DNA of 64,000 nt from NCBI GenBank assembly GCA_035384565.1, contig DAOOIT010000002.1, forward strand, positions 8,579 to 72,578, given 5' to 3'. Below the pieces are notes generated by a model, which was not told the DNA's origin, did no database searches, and saw only the letters and a list, made by a program, of their open reading frames with translations. Below are positions 8,818-18,166 of the stretch, piece by piece. The stretch's first letter is position 1. The number at the start of each line of letters is the position of its first letter. The translations under genes and the position numbers were made by a program. Source of the DNA: Planctomycetota bacterium. GTDB lineage: Bacteria > Planctomycetota > PUPC01 > DSUN01.

Positions 8818-10056
8818 TTAGCCACCCGCAAGCTGTTGATAGATCTCGCTCACCGCCTCAGCCTTGCGCTCGAAGGTGAACAGGCCCGCGCGCTCCAGCG
8901 CCCCGGCGGCCAGCTTCTGCCGCTCGGCCTCGTGCGCCCAGAGATGCCCGAGGGCGTCCGCGAACCGAGAGCAGATGGAGGCCCGGCCCTCGACGGGAAC
9001 CTTCACGCCACACTCCGAGGTCACGACGTCGGCGAAGCCGCAGTGGTCGAGGCACACGACCGGCACGCCCTGTGAGAGGGCCTCCATCACCACCGTCGTC
9101 GTGAGGTCCTTGATGCTGGTGAGCGCGAAAACGTGGGAGTTCCCGAGGAGGGCGATCGCCTGCGGCCGCGGCAGGCGCCCGTGCCACGTGCAGCGGGCGT
9201 CCACGTCCAGCCTTCGGGCGATGCGCCGCCACTCCGTGGTGCAGGGCCCCTCGCCCAGGATGTGCAGCTCCCATCCCACCGAAGCCGGCAGGCGCGCGAC
9301 CGCGTGCAGCAGGAGCGGGAGCGCCTTGCCGGGGTCGTGCGCGCCGCTCCACGAGATGCGGAGCGGCTCGCCGTCGAGCCGAATGGAATGGGCCGCCGCG
9401 ATCGGCTCCGGAGGGGCCGTCTCGCAGATGACCTGGCTGTCCTCGCCATAGTGCCTCTGAATCTCGCGCCGAATGCCTTCGGTGGCGGCGATGATTCCGC
9501 CGCGAGCCCTGGGGAAGGCTCTCCTGGGGCGAGGCAGCCACCTCTTGTGCAGCGTGTTGAGCACGTTCCGGCTGGCGAAATGGACGAGTCCTCGCAAACC
9601 CAGCATCGGCAGGAGCCGCCAGGGGGTGTTCTCCAAGCCGCCGATCGGCCCCCAGACGAACGGCACGTCCAGCCTCCACAGGTAGCCGGGCTCTCGGAAG
9701 GTCACCCACGTGAGCTGGTGCACCAAGTCGAAGCCCGGGTCCCGTTGAAGCTGGAGGGCGAGCCGGTAGGCGTCCCTCTGCCAGCGCCGGCAGGTCCAGA
9801 GCAGGGCCGGCTTCCACAGGCGCGAGAGCCGGAGATAGCGCGTCCTGGGCACATAGCAGAACTGAAGATGGTCCCGAAGCGCCGGATCGCGATGCAGTTC
9901 CGCCTCGATGTTGGCGCGGAAGAGATCGCTCGTGAGGACCAGGAGGTCGTGGTGCCTGGAGAGCGCCTTGACCCAACCCCAGCCCACGCCCGGCTCCGAC
10001 CCGCGCGTCGGGTCGCAGGAGTAGGCCGAGACGAGGACTCTGAGACGCCGTTTCAT
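8818..10056 (-). CDS. Glycosyltransferase family 4
   Basis: Real start at MKRRLRVLVSAYSCDP (ATG 10054-10056; the 573-aa track ORF has a spurious Arg/Gly-rich N-extension); ...GFADVVTSECGVKVP... GT-B C-terminal domain. ATGA overlap with the upstream YdjC gene. Confidence 0.8.
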   Translation of the reverse strand: MKRRLRVLVSAYSCDPTRGSEPGVGWGWVKALSRHHDLLVLTSDLFRANIEAELHRDPALRDHLQFCYVPRTRYLRLSRLWKPALLWTCRRWQRDAYRLALQLQRDPGFDLVHQLTWVTFREPGYLWRLDVPFVWGPIGGLENTPWRLLPMLGLRGLVHFASRNVLNTLHKRWLPRPRRAFPRARGGIIAATEGIRREIQRHYGEDSQVICETAPPEPIAAAHSIRLDGEPLRISWSGAHDPGKALPLLLHAVARLPASVGWELHILGEGPCTTEWRRIARRLDVDARCTWHGRLPRPQAIALLGNSHVFALTSIKDLTTTVVMEALSQGVPVVCLDHCGFADVVTSECGVKVPVEGRASICSRFADALGHLWAHEAERQKLAAGALERAGLFTFERKAEAVSEIYQQLAGG

Positions 10057-10814
10057 CCACCGCTCCGAGCCGAAGGTCCCGTGGCCGCGAGCCGCAGGAG
10101 GTCCGCACAGTCGGCCAACGGACGCTGGCTCAGCCTGTCCACAAGAACCCCCGAGGCGTCGTACATGGGATGGATCATGACTTCCGCGGACTGCGTCCGC
10201 GGCGTCACGCCTCTCCTGGCGAGAAGGTGCCGGTAGTCCTCGGCCGAGCCGAAGTAGTTCGTCCACGCGAGCCCCGCGCGTCTCAGGCGCAGGTTCGCCA
10301 GCTTGCGATAGGCCCAGGTGCCGAGGGATCGGCGCGGCCCGCAGTTCCGGGCGATCCGCACGTGCGGAATGCCCTCCTCGAGGCAGAGCCGCACCACCAC
10401 GGAGGCGATGGCCCACTCCTCGTGCACATGCTCGTGGGAGTCTGCGTGGGAGATCGGAATGCCACGCCTGCGGCACGCGGCAACCTGCGCCCCGAGTTCC
10501 CCCCGCAGCGCCGTCGTTTCGCTCGCGGACAGCCGCCACACGTGGGGGCGTTTGCGCAGGACGAAGGCGCCGTCTTCGTTGCAGAACCGCCGGCAGCGTC
10601 GGATCTCCTCGGTGAGGGGCAGGCCGTCAGTGAGGACGAGATGAACGCCCACGCGATGGGCAAGCCCGCGCTCGTGAGCCAGCTCGCACGCCTCCTCGAA
10701 CCCGGGCATGTTCGGCATGATCGTGGTGTCGGAGCAGTACCCGCGCTCGAAGCTCTCGAGGACGGCCCGGTTCACGTTCCCATCGAGCCCGAAGTCGTCG
10801 GCATTAACGACCAT
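10053..10814 (-). CDS. YdjC/ChbG/HpnK-family carbohydrate deacetylase
   Basis: MVVNADDFGL...HRVGVHLVLTDG... is the hallmark N-terminus of YdjC-like polysaccharide deacetylases; 253 aa. Confidence 0.8.
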   Translation of the reverse strand: MVVNADDFGLDGNVNRAVLESFERGYCSDTTIMPNMPGFEEACELAHERGLAHRVGVHLVLTDGLPLTEEIRRCRRFCNEDGAFVLRKRPHVWRLSASETTALRGELGAQVAACRRRGIPISHADSHEHVHEEWAIASVVVRLCLEEGIPHVRIARNCGPRRSLGTWAYRKLANLRLRRAGLAWTNYFGSAEDYRHLLARRGVTPRTQSAEVMIHPMYDASGVLVDRLSQRPLADCADLLRLAATGPSARSGG

Positions 10815-11730
10815 CGCGCTGGCCTCGGGGCAGCCCGCGGCAGATGCCCGCCAGATTGCCGCAGACCCGTTTGAAGCTCTCGCCCGGCCTTCGGCAGGTC
10901 ACGACTCGCCCGATGGAGAGCAGCATCCTGGCCAGCAGGCCCAGGTAGCACCGTGGCACGGAGAGCCCGTGTTTCCTCACCAGGTAGAGGCGGTTGCGTA
11001 CCTCGAGCTTCCCGAACCGGTAGGCATCGAGTCTTCCTGAAGGCGAAGGGTAGTGGCAGAAGCCCGCCTGCGCGACCACGGCCAGCCTGTACCGCCTGCT
11101 GACGGAGTAACTGAAGTCCACGTCCTCGAGATAGCTGTAGCCGTCGAACCACTCGTCGAAGCGGAACTCGTCAAGCACGGCCCGACGCCACACCGAGGCG
11201 CCGCTCGGCAGCCACTCGGTGAACATCGTCTCGGACACCCTGCCGACGATGGTCTGCCACCCGCTGGGCATGACCACGCCTTTCTCCTTGCTGTAGAGCC
11301 CCAGCCAGGAAGCCAGGCGGGAGGACTTGAGCCAGGATGCGGCTCTCGGCGGGCAGTTCGCCCAGTTGAAGGCCGCGCCGCCGACGTCTGCCGGGGCTTC
11401 CTCCCAGAAGCGCAGCATAGCCTCCATCGCCCCGGGCTCCAGCACGGCGTCGTCGTCCAGGAAACCGATCAGCCCGATGCCGCGGTCCACGGCGTCCACG
11501 CCCGCGTTCCGTTGCCGGGTCGCCGAAGGAGGCAGGTGGCGGACGTAGGCGACGTTCAGCGCGCCACGCTCCGCCGCGACCCACTCGACCGGCTCCTCGC
11601 TCGCATCCACGATCACCACTTGGGAGGGCGGACAGGACTGGGCGGCCAGGCTCGCCAGCATGCGGCGGAGGTCGTCCGGCCGGTCCTTCGTCGCCACCAC
11701 GAGGGCCACCTTGTTCCGGAAGCTGCTCAT
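10804..11730 (-). CDS. Glycosyltransferase family 2
   Basis: Start at MSSFRNKVALVVATKDRPDDLRRMLASLAAQ (ATG 11728-11730), ...VVIVDASEEP..., DXD-like FLDDDAV. Overlaps neighbours by 4 and 11 nt. Confidence 0.75.
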   Translation of the reverse strand: MSSFRNKVALVVATKDRPDDLRRMLASLAAQSCPPSQVVIVDASEEPVEWVAAERGALNVAYVRHLPPSATRQRNAGVDAVDRGIGLIGFLDDDAVLEPGAMEAMLRFWEEAPADVGGAAFNWANCPPRAASWLKSSRLASWLGLYSKEKGVVMPSGWQTIVGRVSETMFTEWLPSGASVWRRAVLDEFRFDEWFDGYSYLEDVDFSYSVSRRYRLAVVAQAGFCHYPSPSGRLDAYRFGKLEVRNRLYLVRKHGLSVPRCYLGLLARMLLSIGRVVTCRRPGESFKRVCGNLAGICRGLPRGQRDGR

Positions 11731-12911
11731 GCGGCCGAATGCCCGCCCATGCGCCTCCTCTGGAGGAACCTCGCCACGGCGTCCCGCATGCCGGCCGTGA
11801 AGCTCGGGATCGAGAATGCCTTGCCCCGCTCGGCCAGGTGCCGGCACAGCTCCTGCTGAAGCTCCGTCCGGCGCAACACGGTGTCAATCTTGGCCACGGC
11901 ATCGTCCAGGCCGGCAAAGGTGAGCAGGGGATGAGCGACAATCTCCGCCTGTCCACCTTCAGAGGGCACGAACACGATGCTGCCTGCCTTGACCAGTTCC
12001 GCCACGGATATGCCAAAGCCTTCCCGCGGACAGGCGTTGATGCCAAAGCGATGGGTGCTGAGCAGCTCCCTCTTCGTCTCCCCGCTGCACGGCCCTCGGG
12101 CTGTAACCCAGCGCCCCTGCTCGGCGCAGAGGCGGCTGACCTTTCGTCCGTACGGGTCGCGCCCGATCGCCCCTGCGATGTGCAGGTGGATGTCGTGGCC
12201 GCGGCTCCGCACGTGCAAGAGCACAGCGATGATGTCCTCGATGCGCTTCTCGGGCGAGATGCGCCCGATGTAGACGAAGCCATGCTCCTTCGCGGGGAAT
12301 GGGACCTCGGGGAAATCCCCCGCCACGGGCGGGTACAGCACGTCGGCCTCCACGCCGTGACGGCGCTTCATCAGGGCGGCCGTCCACTGTGAATTGGCCA
12401 GGAACAGGTTGTCGCGTGCGAAGGGTTCTCGTCCCGATGGCTTCCGAAGCATGCGGGCGCAGGCGAGGTAGCCTCTGCGGAGGGGGTTGTCGCGGTACGC
12501 CAGGCCCGCCCACCCCGGAGCAGGGGGGGTGCACGCCCGTCGGAGCGCCTCGTCCCAGGAGAAGTCCGCAATCAGGTGGATCCCGGGAACCCCGAAATCC
12601 GCGACGTTGTACCCGCTGATGAGCACGTCGAAGTCGGCCGCCAGCGCGCGGCACAGGCGGGCGTGGATCGCTCCACGCCAGGCGGCGAACCGGGCGGTCC
12701 GCCCCAGGAGGAAAGAGAGGGGATGCCGCCTCACGCGGAAGTCTTCCGGGGCCAGCCGCGTCGCGTAGGCCTCATTCAGCCTGGCGATGTCCACTGGCCC
12801 ACAGGTGGCCAGAGTTACGTCATGCTCGTGCCGGAGCTCTTCGATTGCCCACAGCACGGCCGCCTCGGAACCGCCGAGCCGAAGAGAGGGATGGGCGATG
12901 GCAATCCTCAT
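11727..12911 (-). CDS. Glycosyltransferase family 4
   Basis: Start MRIAIAHPSLRLGGSEAAVLW (ATG 12909-12911); C-terminal REGFGISVAELVKAGSIVFVPSEGGQAEIV. Confidence 0.8.
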   Translation of the reverse strand: MRIAIAHPSLRLGGSEAAVLWAIEELRHEHDVTLATCGPVDIARLNEAYATRLAPEDFRVRRHPLSFLLGRTARFAAWRGAIHARLCRALAADFDVLISGYNVADFGVPGIHLIADFSWDEALRRACTPPAPGWAGLAYRDNPLRRGYLACARMLRKPSGREPFARDNLFLANSQWTAALMKRRHGVEADVLYPPVAGDFPEVPFPAKEHGFVYIGRISPEKRIEDIIAVLLHVRSRGHDIHLHIAGAIGRDPYGRKVSRLCAEQGRWVTARGPCSGETKRELLSTHRFGINACPREGFGISVAELVKAGSIVFVPSEGGQAEIVAHPLLTFAGLDDAVAKIDTVLRRTELQQELCRHLAERGKAFSIPSFTAGMRDAVARFLQRRRMGGHSAA

Positions 12912-12915
12912 TGCC

Positions 12916-13719
12916 TCATGATCCGCCGCCCGGAGGCAGTGCCTGGGCATGAGCGCCCGGATGCCTCCGGCAGACGTAGATCACCTCGTCCTCGTCCAGA
13001 GCATGGCGGGCAGCATCCAGGTGGCGAACGTAATCTTCGACTGCGACGGCGAAGCCCGCGTCCTCCAGCCGGCTCCTGTAGTCGAGGCCATAGAGCCTGA
13101 CCTCGTCGGAGAAGCCGAAGTGCCTGGCCCGTTCCTCAGGGGAGAAACCGGGGTCCTCCAGAGTGTGCTCGCGCCGCCGGTCTACATCCACCTGAAGGAT
13201 GGCATAGCCTCCGGGACGGAGCACGCGGTACACCTCGCGAAGCGCGCGGCGGTCATCCTCCACCTGCTCCAGCACGTGGTTGGCGATGACGACGTCGAAC
13301 GTCTCGTCGCCGAAGCCGATGTGTGTGATGGACATGACGAGATCGGGCGCCTCGCACAGCTCGTGGATGAACGAGACCATCAGGTCGGCCGTCACGTACT
13401 CGATGGCCGGATGCCGGCGAATCTCGCGCGCGAGACACCGCTCGGGCGCGAAGTGGAGCACACGCAATCGGCTCCGGAAGAACGCCATCCGGTCCCTCAG
13501 GAACAGGTAGAGCAGGCGGTGCCGCCCGAGAGACAGGCAGGAGGGGCACCAGTCGTTCTCTCTGCCGCCGAAGGGCAGGAACTTCGAGAAGCGATGGCCG
13601 CAGATCGGGCACTCCACCCGGTTGCCGCAGCGGTACCACAGACCCAGGAGCATCCGCTGGCCGCTGCGGAGCCCTCGGCACACGCGTGGCCCCAGGAGCC
13701 GTTTGAGAAGCCTCTTCAT
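12916..13719 (-). CDS. Class I SAM-dependent methyltransferase
   Basis: Start MKRLLKRLLG; ...VLHFAPE... DVVIANHVLEQVEDDRRALREVYRVLRPGGYAIL (Methyltransf_11/23-like motifs). The upstream part of the 456-aa track ORF is Arg/Pro-rich junk. Confidence 0.75.
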   Translation of the reverse strand: MKRLLKRLLGPRVCRGLRSGQRMLLGLWYRCGNRVECPICGHRFSKFLPFGGRENDWCPSCLSLGRHRLLYLFLRDRMAFFRSRLRVLHFAPERCLAREIRRHPAIEYVTADLMVSFIHELCEAPDLVMSITHIGFGDETFDVVIANHVLEQVEDDRRALREVYRVLRPGGYAILQVDVDRRREHTLEDPGFSPEERARHFGFSDEVRLYGLDYRSRLEDAGFAVAVEDYVRHLDAARHALDEDEVIYVCRRHPGAHAQALPPGGGS

Positions 13720-13726
13720 GCGTCGG

Positions 13727-14608
13727 TCAGCCTTCCCCCGCGCTGGCGGGCGTGGCCCCAGAGGGCGTGAAGAAGACCTCGCTCGGCGCCTCGAAAGGGG
13801 CCGCGAAGCCAGGAGGCAGGACTCCGATGTACGGCTTGCCGCACCGCGGGGCGACGGCCTGGCGGTAACAGCGGATCGCCTGACGCTTGGCAGACAGCAC
13901 CGGCGCGATGTCCAGCTTCCAGGCATTCGCCAGGCCCGGCTCGGCGAGCCGGCGAAGGGGCAGTTTGTACCATCCCCAGACCAGGTACCAGTGCACCGCG
14001 CACGGAAAGCCGCTTCGGCGAACGGCTTGCGCCACAATCTCGCTGGCGGCCGCATGGTCGGCCCAGCAGTCCAGAGGATGGGGCGCGTAGACCTCCTGGG
14101 GGGCCGCCTGGCGCAGGACCTCGGCCACCGCGGACACCGCCGTGGCAAACCCCTCCTGCCCGTTGCGGGGCAAGCGGCCGTCGGGCAGTCCAAGCCAGTG
14201 CATGGCCTGGGGGCCGAGCCCCAGGCGCGCGCCCGCCTCGCAGGCCAGAAGACGGCGCGCCCGGGCGATCTCCTCGACAGGCGCACCGCAGCAGCGCTGG
14301 TGCGATGCCTCGCCGCTGGTCAGGAAGGCCACGCCCACGCGGGCGTCGGCCTGAGCCTTGAGGGCGAGAAGTCCTGCCGTGGCGAATACCTCGTCATCGG
14401 GGTGAGGGGCAATCACCAGGGCAGGACCCCCGGGGAGGGCCTCCGGCCTGGCGCGGCGGGCCAGAACCCATTGCAGAACGCGGCGCCTCGGCGCCCCCTG
14501 CCAGGCGCGAAGCTGCGCCACAACTGTGTCGCCCAGCGCGCGTTTGAGGAGGGACTTCACCCCACCCGCCTGCACAGCCGCCTTCGCGGTGAGAGGCAAC
14601 GGACGCAT
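13727..14608 (-). CDS. PIG-L/LmbE-family N-acetylglucosaminyl deacetylase
   Basis: LVIAPHPDDEVFATAGLL...H (the PIG-L zinc-binding HPDDE motif); start MRPLPLTAKAA (ATG 14606-14608), overlapping the stop of the upstream gene. Confidence 0.75.
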   Translation of the reverse strand: MRPLPLTAKAAVQAGGVKSLLKRALGDTVVAQLRAWQGAPRRRVLQWVLARRARPEALPGGPALVIAPHPDDEVFATAGLLALKAQADARVGVAFLTSGEASHQRCCGAPVEEIARARRLLACEAGARLGLGPQAMHWLGLPDGRLPRNGQEGFATAVSAVAEVLRQAAPQEVYAPHPLDCWADHAAASEIVAQAVRRSGFPCAVHWYLVWGWYKLPLRRLAEPGLANAWKLDIAPVLSAKRQAIRCYRQAVAPRCGKPYIGVLPPGFAAPFEAPSEVFFTPSGATPASAGEG

Positions 14609-15444
14609 CACTCGTACTTCCTGAGTCCGCTCAGTTCCAGAAGCACATGGCCGAGGAATCGCGGGCCGTCCAGAAAGTCCCGACGCCAGACCTTTCTGGG
14701 TTCGTGGACGAGGCGCCATAGCCACTCGAACCCGCAGCGGCCCACCCAGGCCGGCGCCCGCTTGACTCTGCCGCTCAGGAACCCGAAGGCCGCTCCGACC
14801 CCGACCGCGACGGGGACCCTCAAGCGTTTCTGGTGCTCGGCAATCCACCTCTCCTGCTTCGGCAGACCGAGCCCGACCCAGAGAACATCGGGCCGGGCCT
14901 CGTTGATCATCCTGACATGGGCTTCATCTTCCTCGGGCGAAACGGCCCCGAAGGGCGGGGAGAACGTGCCGGCCACCCCGTGGTTCGGGTACTCGCGCTC
15001 CAGACGCTGGCGCAGAAGGGAGAGGGTCTCCGGTCGGTCCCCATAGAAGAAGCTGCTGTAGCCGCGTTCGTTTGCGCGCTCGAGGAACGCCCGCATCAGG
15101 TCGGCCCCGGGAATGCGCTGGATGCCGCGGAATCCCTTCAGGCGAGCGACCCAGACGGGCGCAATCCCATCGGGGACCCAGAGATCCGCCGAGTTCAGCA
15201 CGGCCTTGAGGTCCGGGCTCTTGTGCGCTTCCCAGATGCCGTGGAACCCTGTGACCACGATCCGCCGGCACTGGTGTTCGCGCGCCTCGACCCAGCCGGC
15301 CATCTCCTGGATCACCTGGCGAGGGCTCGTCAGGTGCACCCGGGCCCCCAGGATCCTGACCGCCGGAGCGCGCGTTCCTGCGCCGCCGTCTGCGTTCGAG
15401 GCGCGGGCGTGGGTGTCAGGCGATGGGCAAGAGCCTGCGGGCAT
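14608..15444 (-). CDS. WecB/TagA/CpsF-family glycosyltransferase (GT26)
   Basis: ...VTGFHGIWEAHKSPDLKAVLNSADLWVPDGIAPVWVARL...VLWVGLGLPKQERWIAEH... matches the GT26 family (TagA/WecG); start uncertain between 15444 and 15483. Confidence 0.8.
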   Translation of the reverse strand: MPAGSCPSPDTHARASNADGGAGTRAPAVRILGARVHLTSPRQVIQEMAGWVEAREHQCRRIVVTGFHGIWEAHKSPDLKAVLNSADLWVPDGIAPVWVARLKGFRGIQRIPGADLMRAFLERANERGYSSFFYGDRPETLSLLRQRLEREYPNHGVAGTFSPPFGAVSPEEDEAHVRMINEARPDVLWVGLGLPKQERWIAEHQKRLRVPVAVGVGAAFGFLSGRVKRAPAWVGRCGFEWLWRLVHEPRKVWRRDFLDGPRFLGHVLLELSGLRKYE

Positions 15445-16285
15445 CCTGTCCCTCGGGATTCGAGGAGAGCGCGACGAAGTCATACCCGCTCTCCAACTGA
15501 GCGGAGTCGCGCAGCTCCCGCAGTTGGACGCGGAAGAGGTTCTTCTGCCTGATCTGGAGAAATCGGTATCCCAGGCGAGACATCAACCGCACCTCCCCGC
15601 GCTCGAAGAAGGGCTGGCTCTTGTACGATTCGAAGATGATGGCCGCGGGGCGGTTCGAATCGAGCAGGCCGAGCGCGCCCGCCAGCACCTCCTCCTCGTG
15701 CCCCTCCACATCGAGCTTGAGGAGCCGGAGCGGGGGCAGATGCAGCGCCTCGAGATACGCGCTGGCTTGCCGCACCTGCACCGGAGTCGGGTCCGCCTCG
15801 GGGCCGGGGCGGATGAAGGAGCCGCAGCCTCGGTTGCCACGCGGGATGAAGAGGTCCACCTCACCATCCTTGTCCGACAGCGCGAGCGCGTGCGTCTGGA
15901 CATGGCGGAAGCCATTCAGCTCGGCCGACCGCCGGATGCACTCCGCCAATTGCGGCTGCGGCTCGAAAATGTGCACCTGCCCGGTGGGGCCGACGAATGT
16001 CGCGGCATACATGCCCACTTCGCCATAGCCGCCGCCAACATCCAGGAAGCAGTCGCCAGGCCGCAGGAGGCGCCGGCAAATCCACGTGATCTTCCTGTCG
16101 TAATCGCCCCAGTAGTAGATGGCCCGGCCGCAGTAGTCGTTGGGGTGCACCAGCAGGCGCGGGCCGCCTCGCAGGCGCGTCAGCACCAGGTTCCCATCCT
16201 GGGTGAGCCGGCGAGGCAGGGCCATGTGGGCCAGGCGCACGCCGCCTCTGTAGAGAGGGTAGGCGCGGATGAGCGCCCTGACCAT
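15416..16285 (-). CDS. FkbM-family methyltransferase
   Basis: Start MVRALIRAYPLYRGG...; ...CFLDVGGGYGEVGMYAATFVGPTGQVHIFEPQPQ...LKLDVEGHEEEVLAGALGLL... (Methyltransf_21/FkbM). Confidence 0.7.
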   Translation of the reverse strand: MVRALIRAYPLYRGGVRLAHMALPRRLTQDGNLVLTRLRGGPRLLVHPNDYCGRAIYYWGDYDRKITWICRRLLRPGDCFLDVGGGYGEVGMYAATFVGPTGQVHIFEPQPQLAECIRRSAELNGFRHVQTHALALSDKDGEVDLFIPRGNRGCGSFIRPGPEADPTPVQVRQASAYLEALHLPPLRLLKLDVEGHEEEVLAGALGLLDSNRPAAIIFESYKSQPFFERGEVRLMSRLGYRFLQIRQKNLFRVQLRELRDSAQLESGYDFVALSSNPEGQDARRLLPIA

Positions 16286-16326
16286 CGCCCGAACCAGGGG
16301 ACGCACCAGCGGAACTCCCCCATCGC

Positions 16327-18072
16327 TCAGCGCGCTCTGCGCCCCAGGCGGCGCCGCGCGAACCTGGCGACCTTGACAGCCAGCGCCCCCAGGAAGAGCG
16401 CGGCCAACTCGACCCCCTTGCGCACGGCCCCGATGGGCCGGAACTTCAACCTCACTCGCCCCGCATCTCCGAGCGCCCGGAGCTGAGCAGCAGCCTCGTA
16501 GGCAAAGCAGATGGACCTTGATAGCGTCGGCATCGAGAAGCCGAAGAGGTGCCTGTAGACGGGGTAGGCCTCCGCCAGCCTGCGGTAGCTCCCGAAGCCC
16601 CACCAGGGGTGATAGAAGGGCAGCTTCTCCAGCCGCCAGTTTCCCTCGAAGGCGTCGCGCCCGCGGGCGGTGCGGCGGAGATCGCGGAAGTCGTCCTGGG
16701 ATATGCCCAGCTCGGAGAACAGAACCCTGTTGACGTACGCATTGTACAGCCGCTGGCCCAGCCTGAGGCGGAGGGGCACCCGCGCCCAGAAGTCGCACAT
16801 GGCGCTGTCCCACAGCGGGATGCGCCAGTCATAGCCCCAGAACTCGTAGGCGCGACAGAAATTGACGATGAACTTCGCCTGGCGTTCCTGCCACTCCCAG
16901 CACTCGAGGGCGCTGGCCGCCTCCTCGGGGGTCTCGGTCGGCAGGTCGCCAATGCAGCGAAGGACCCGTTCCGCCATCACCGCGTGGAGAGCGCCGCGGC
17001 GCCGAGGCCAGCGCCACAGGCCGTAGTGGTCGTGAAGCAGTATCCTCAGCAGGTCCTGCGCGCCAACGGTCGTTCTGTCCGCAAAGTCACGTGGGATGTG
17101 GCTGCCGGAGATCACGTCGCCCGTATGGCCAGGGACTATAACCGCGTCGTCCGGGATCTTGCCGGCTGCTTTCAGTGCCCAAATCGCTGGCCAGTCCTGC
17201 ACACTGGCCAGGGAACTGAGTCCGCCGCGGTAGCTGTGGTATGCCTTGGCCTCCTCGCTGAGCAGTTGCTGCCGCCATTGCGAGCAGCACGCTGGCACGA
17301 ACTCCCAGGCGTATCCCAGCTTGAGAGCCACGGCTTGGCTGACCCTCGACTCCCAGTTGTTGGGACGGCCATAGGAGAGGCACAGGACGTCGCTCCTGCC
17401 CAGGCGGCGAAGCATGGCCACGACGAGCCGGGAATCCTGGCCTCCGCTGAGCGGCACAACCAGGGGGCGGCCTGCCGTGGAGGCGAGAAGACGCTCGAAG
17501 ACGCCCACGAGCATCTCATCCATCGTGGCAAGGAGCGCCTCCTCATTTGCCTCCAGGTAGTCGCCATGTACGAACCGGTAGTACCGGTGCGTTCTCACCC
17601 GGGGCACACGCTCGCGCTTGTCGGCGATCAGGCATTCCCCAGCCTGCAACTGCTTCACCCTGGGGCAGAGGGTATCTTGCCCCGTGACATACCCCGTGAG
17701 GAGGAACTCCGCCAGGGCGTCCTGATCCGCCGCATCGTCGGCCACCTGCGATCGCACCCATTCGGCGTCGTCACTAACGAACAGCTTCCCATTGGATTCG
17801 GCGTAGAAGAGCGGCCGGCTGCGCAGCCGATCGACCGCCGCGAAGCACACGCGGTCGGTCTCCACAGCAAGAGCGAACGAGCCGTTCAACCCACGCAGCC
17901 AGCGGCAGACCGCCTGTGCCTCCGGGGCTTCCTCGCCGAGGATTCGCGATAGCGCGCCTGCGAGAGCGGTTCCTTCGAGCAGCGCGTTCGGGCTGAAGGC
18001 GAAGCCAGTAGCCGCCACATGGTTAGCCTGCGACGTACTCGGCGAGCAGGGCTGCGCCAAGTCACAGAGCAT
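16327..18072 (-). CDS. Asparagine synthetase B-like amidotransferase (PP-loop ATP pyrophosphatase)
   Basis: DRLRSRPLFYAESNGKLFVSDDAEW (AsnB glutaminase-domain motif) and PLSGGQDSRLVVAML (the SGGxDS PP-loop). N-terminus is M-L-C-D, so there is no Cys2. Confidence 0.8.
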   Translation of the reverse strand: MLCDLAQPCSPSTSQANHVAATGFAFSPNALLEGTALAGALSRILGEEAPEAQAVCRWLRGLNGSFALAVETDRVCFAAVDRLRSRPLFYAESNGKLFVSDDAEWVRSQVADDAADQDALAEFLLTGYVTGQDTLCPRVKQLQAGECLIADKRERVPRVRTHRYYRFVHGDYLEANEEALLATMDEMLVGVFERLLASTAGRPLVVPLSGGQDSRLVVAMLRRLGRSDVLCLSYGRPNNWESRVSQAVALKLGYAWEFVPACCSQWRQQLLSEEAKAYHSYRGGLSSLASVQDWPAIWALKAAGKIPDDAVIVPGHTGDVISGSHIPRDFADRTTVGAQDLLRILLHDHYGLWRWPRRRGALHAVMAERVLRCIGDLPTETPEEAASALECWEWQERQAKFIVNFCRAYEFWGYDWRIPLWDSAMCDFWARVPLRLRLGQRLYNAYVNRVLFSELGISQDDFRDLRRTARGRDAFEGNWRLEKLPFYHPWWGFGSYRRLAEAYPVYRHLFGFSMPTLSRSICFAYEAAAQLRALGDAGRVRLKFRPIGAVRKGVELAALFLGALAVKVARFARRRLGRRAR

Positions 18073-18166
18073 ATTGATGTCTGCCTGGATATGCGTGCCT
18101 CAGTTGCCAGAGAAGTCCTATCGCGCACTGCAAGCAGCGTGGTCTGGTGTTGGAAGGCCGCATGAG

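Noticed and set aside
8858-10236. 416-aa minus and 367-aa plus ORFs overlapping the GT4 gene, and the 160-aa N-terminal extension of the track ORF 8818-10539
   Set aside because: Arg/Gly/Pro-rich nonsense sequence; the real GT4 starts at MKRRLRV (10056) with an ATGA overlap to the YdjC gene.
11171-12283. 370-aa minus ORF and 11053-11859 plus ORF overlapping the GT2/GT4 genes
   Set aside because: Alternative-frame shadow ORFs with low-complexity Ser/Arg/Ala composition and no domain signatures.
16549-17952. 467-aa plus-strand ORF antisense to the AsnB-like gene
   Set aside because: Antisense shadow ORF; the minus strand carries the PP-loop SGGQDS and AsnB motifs.
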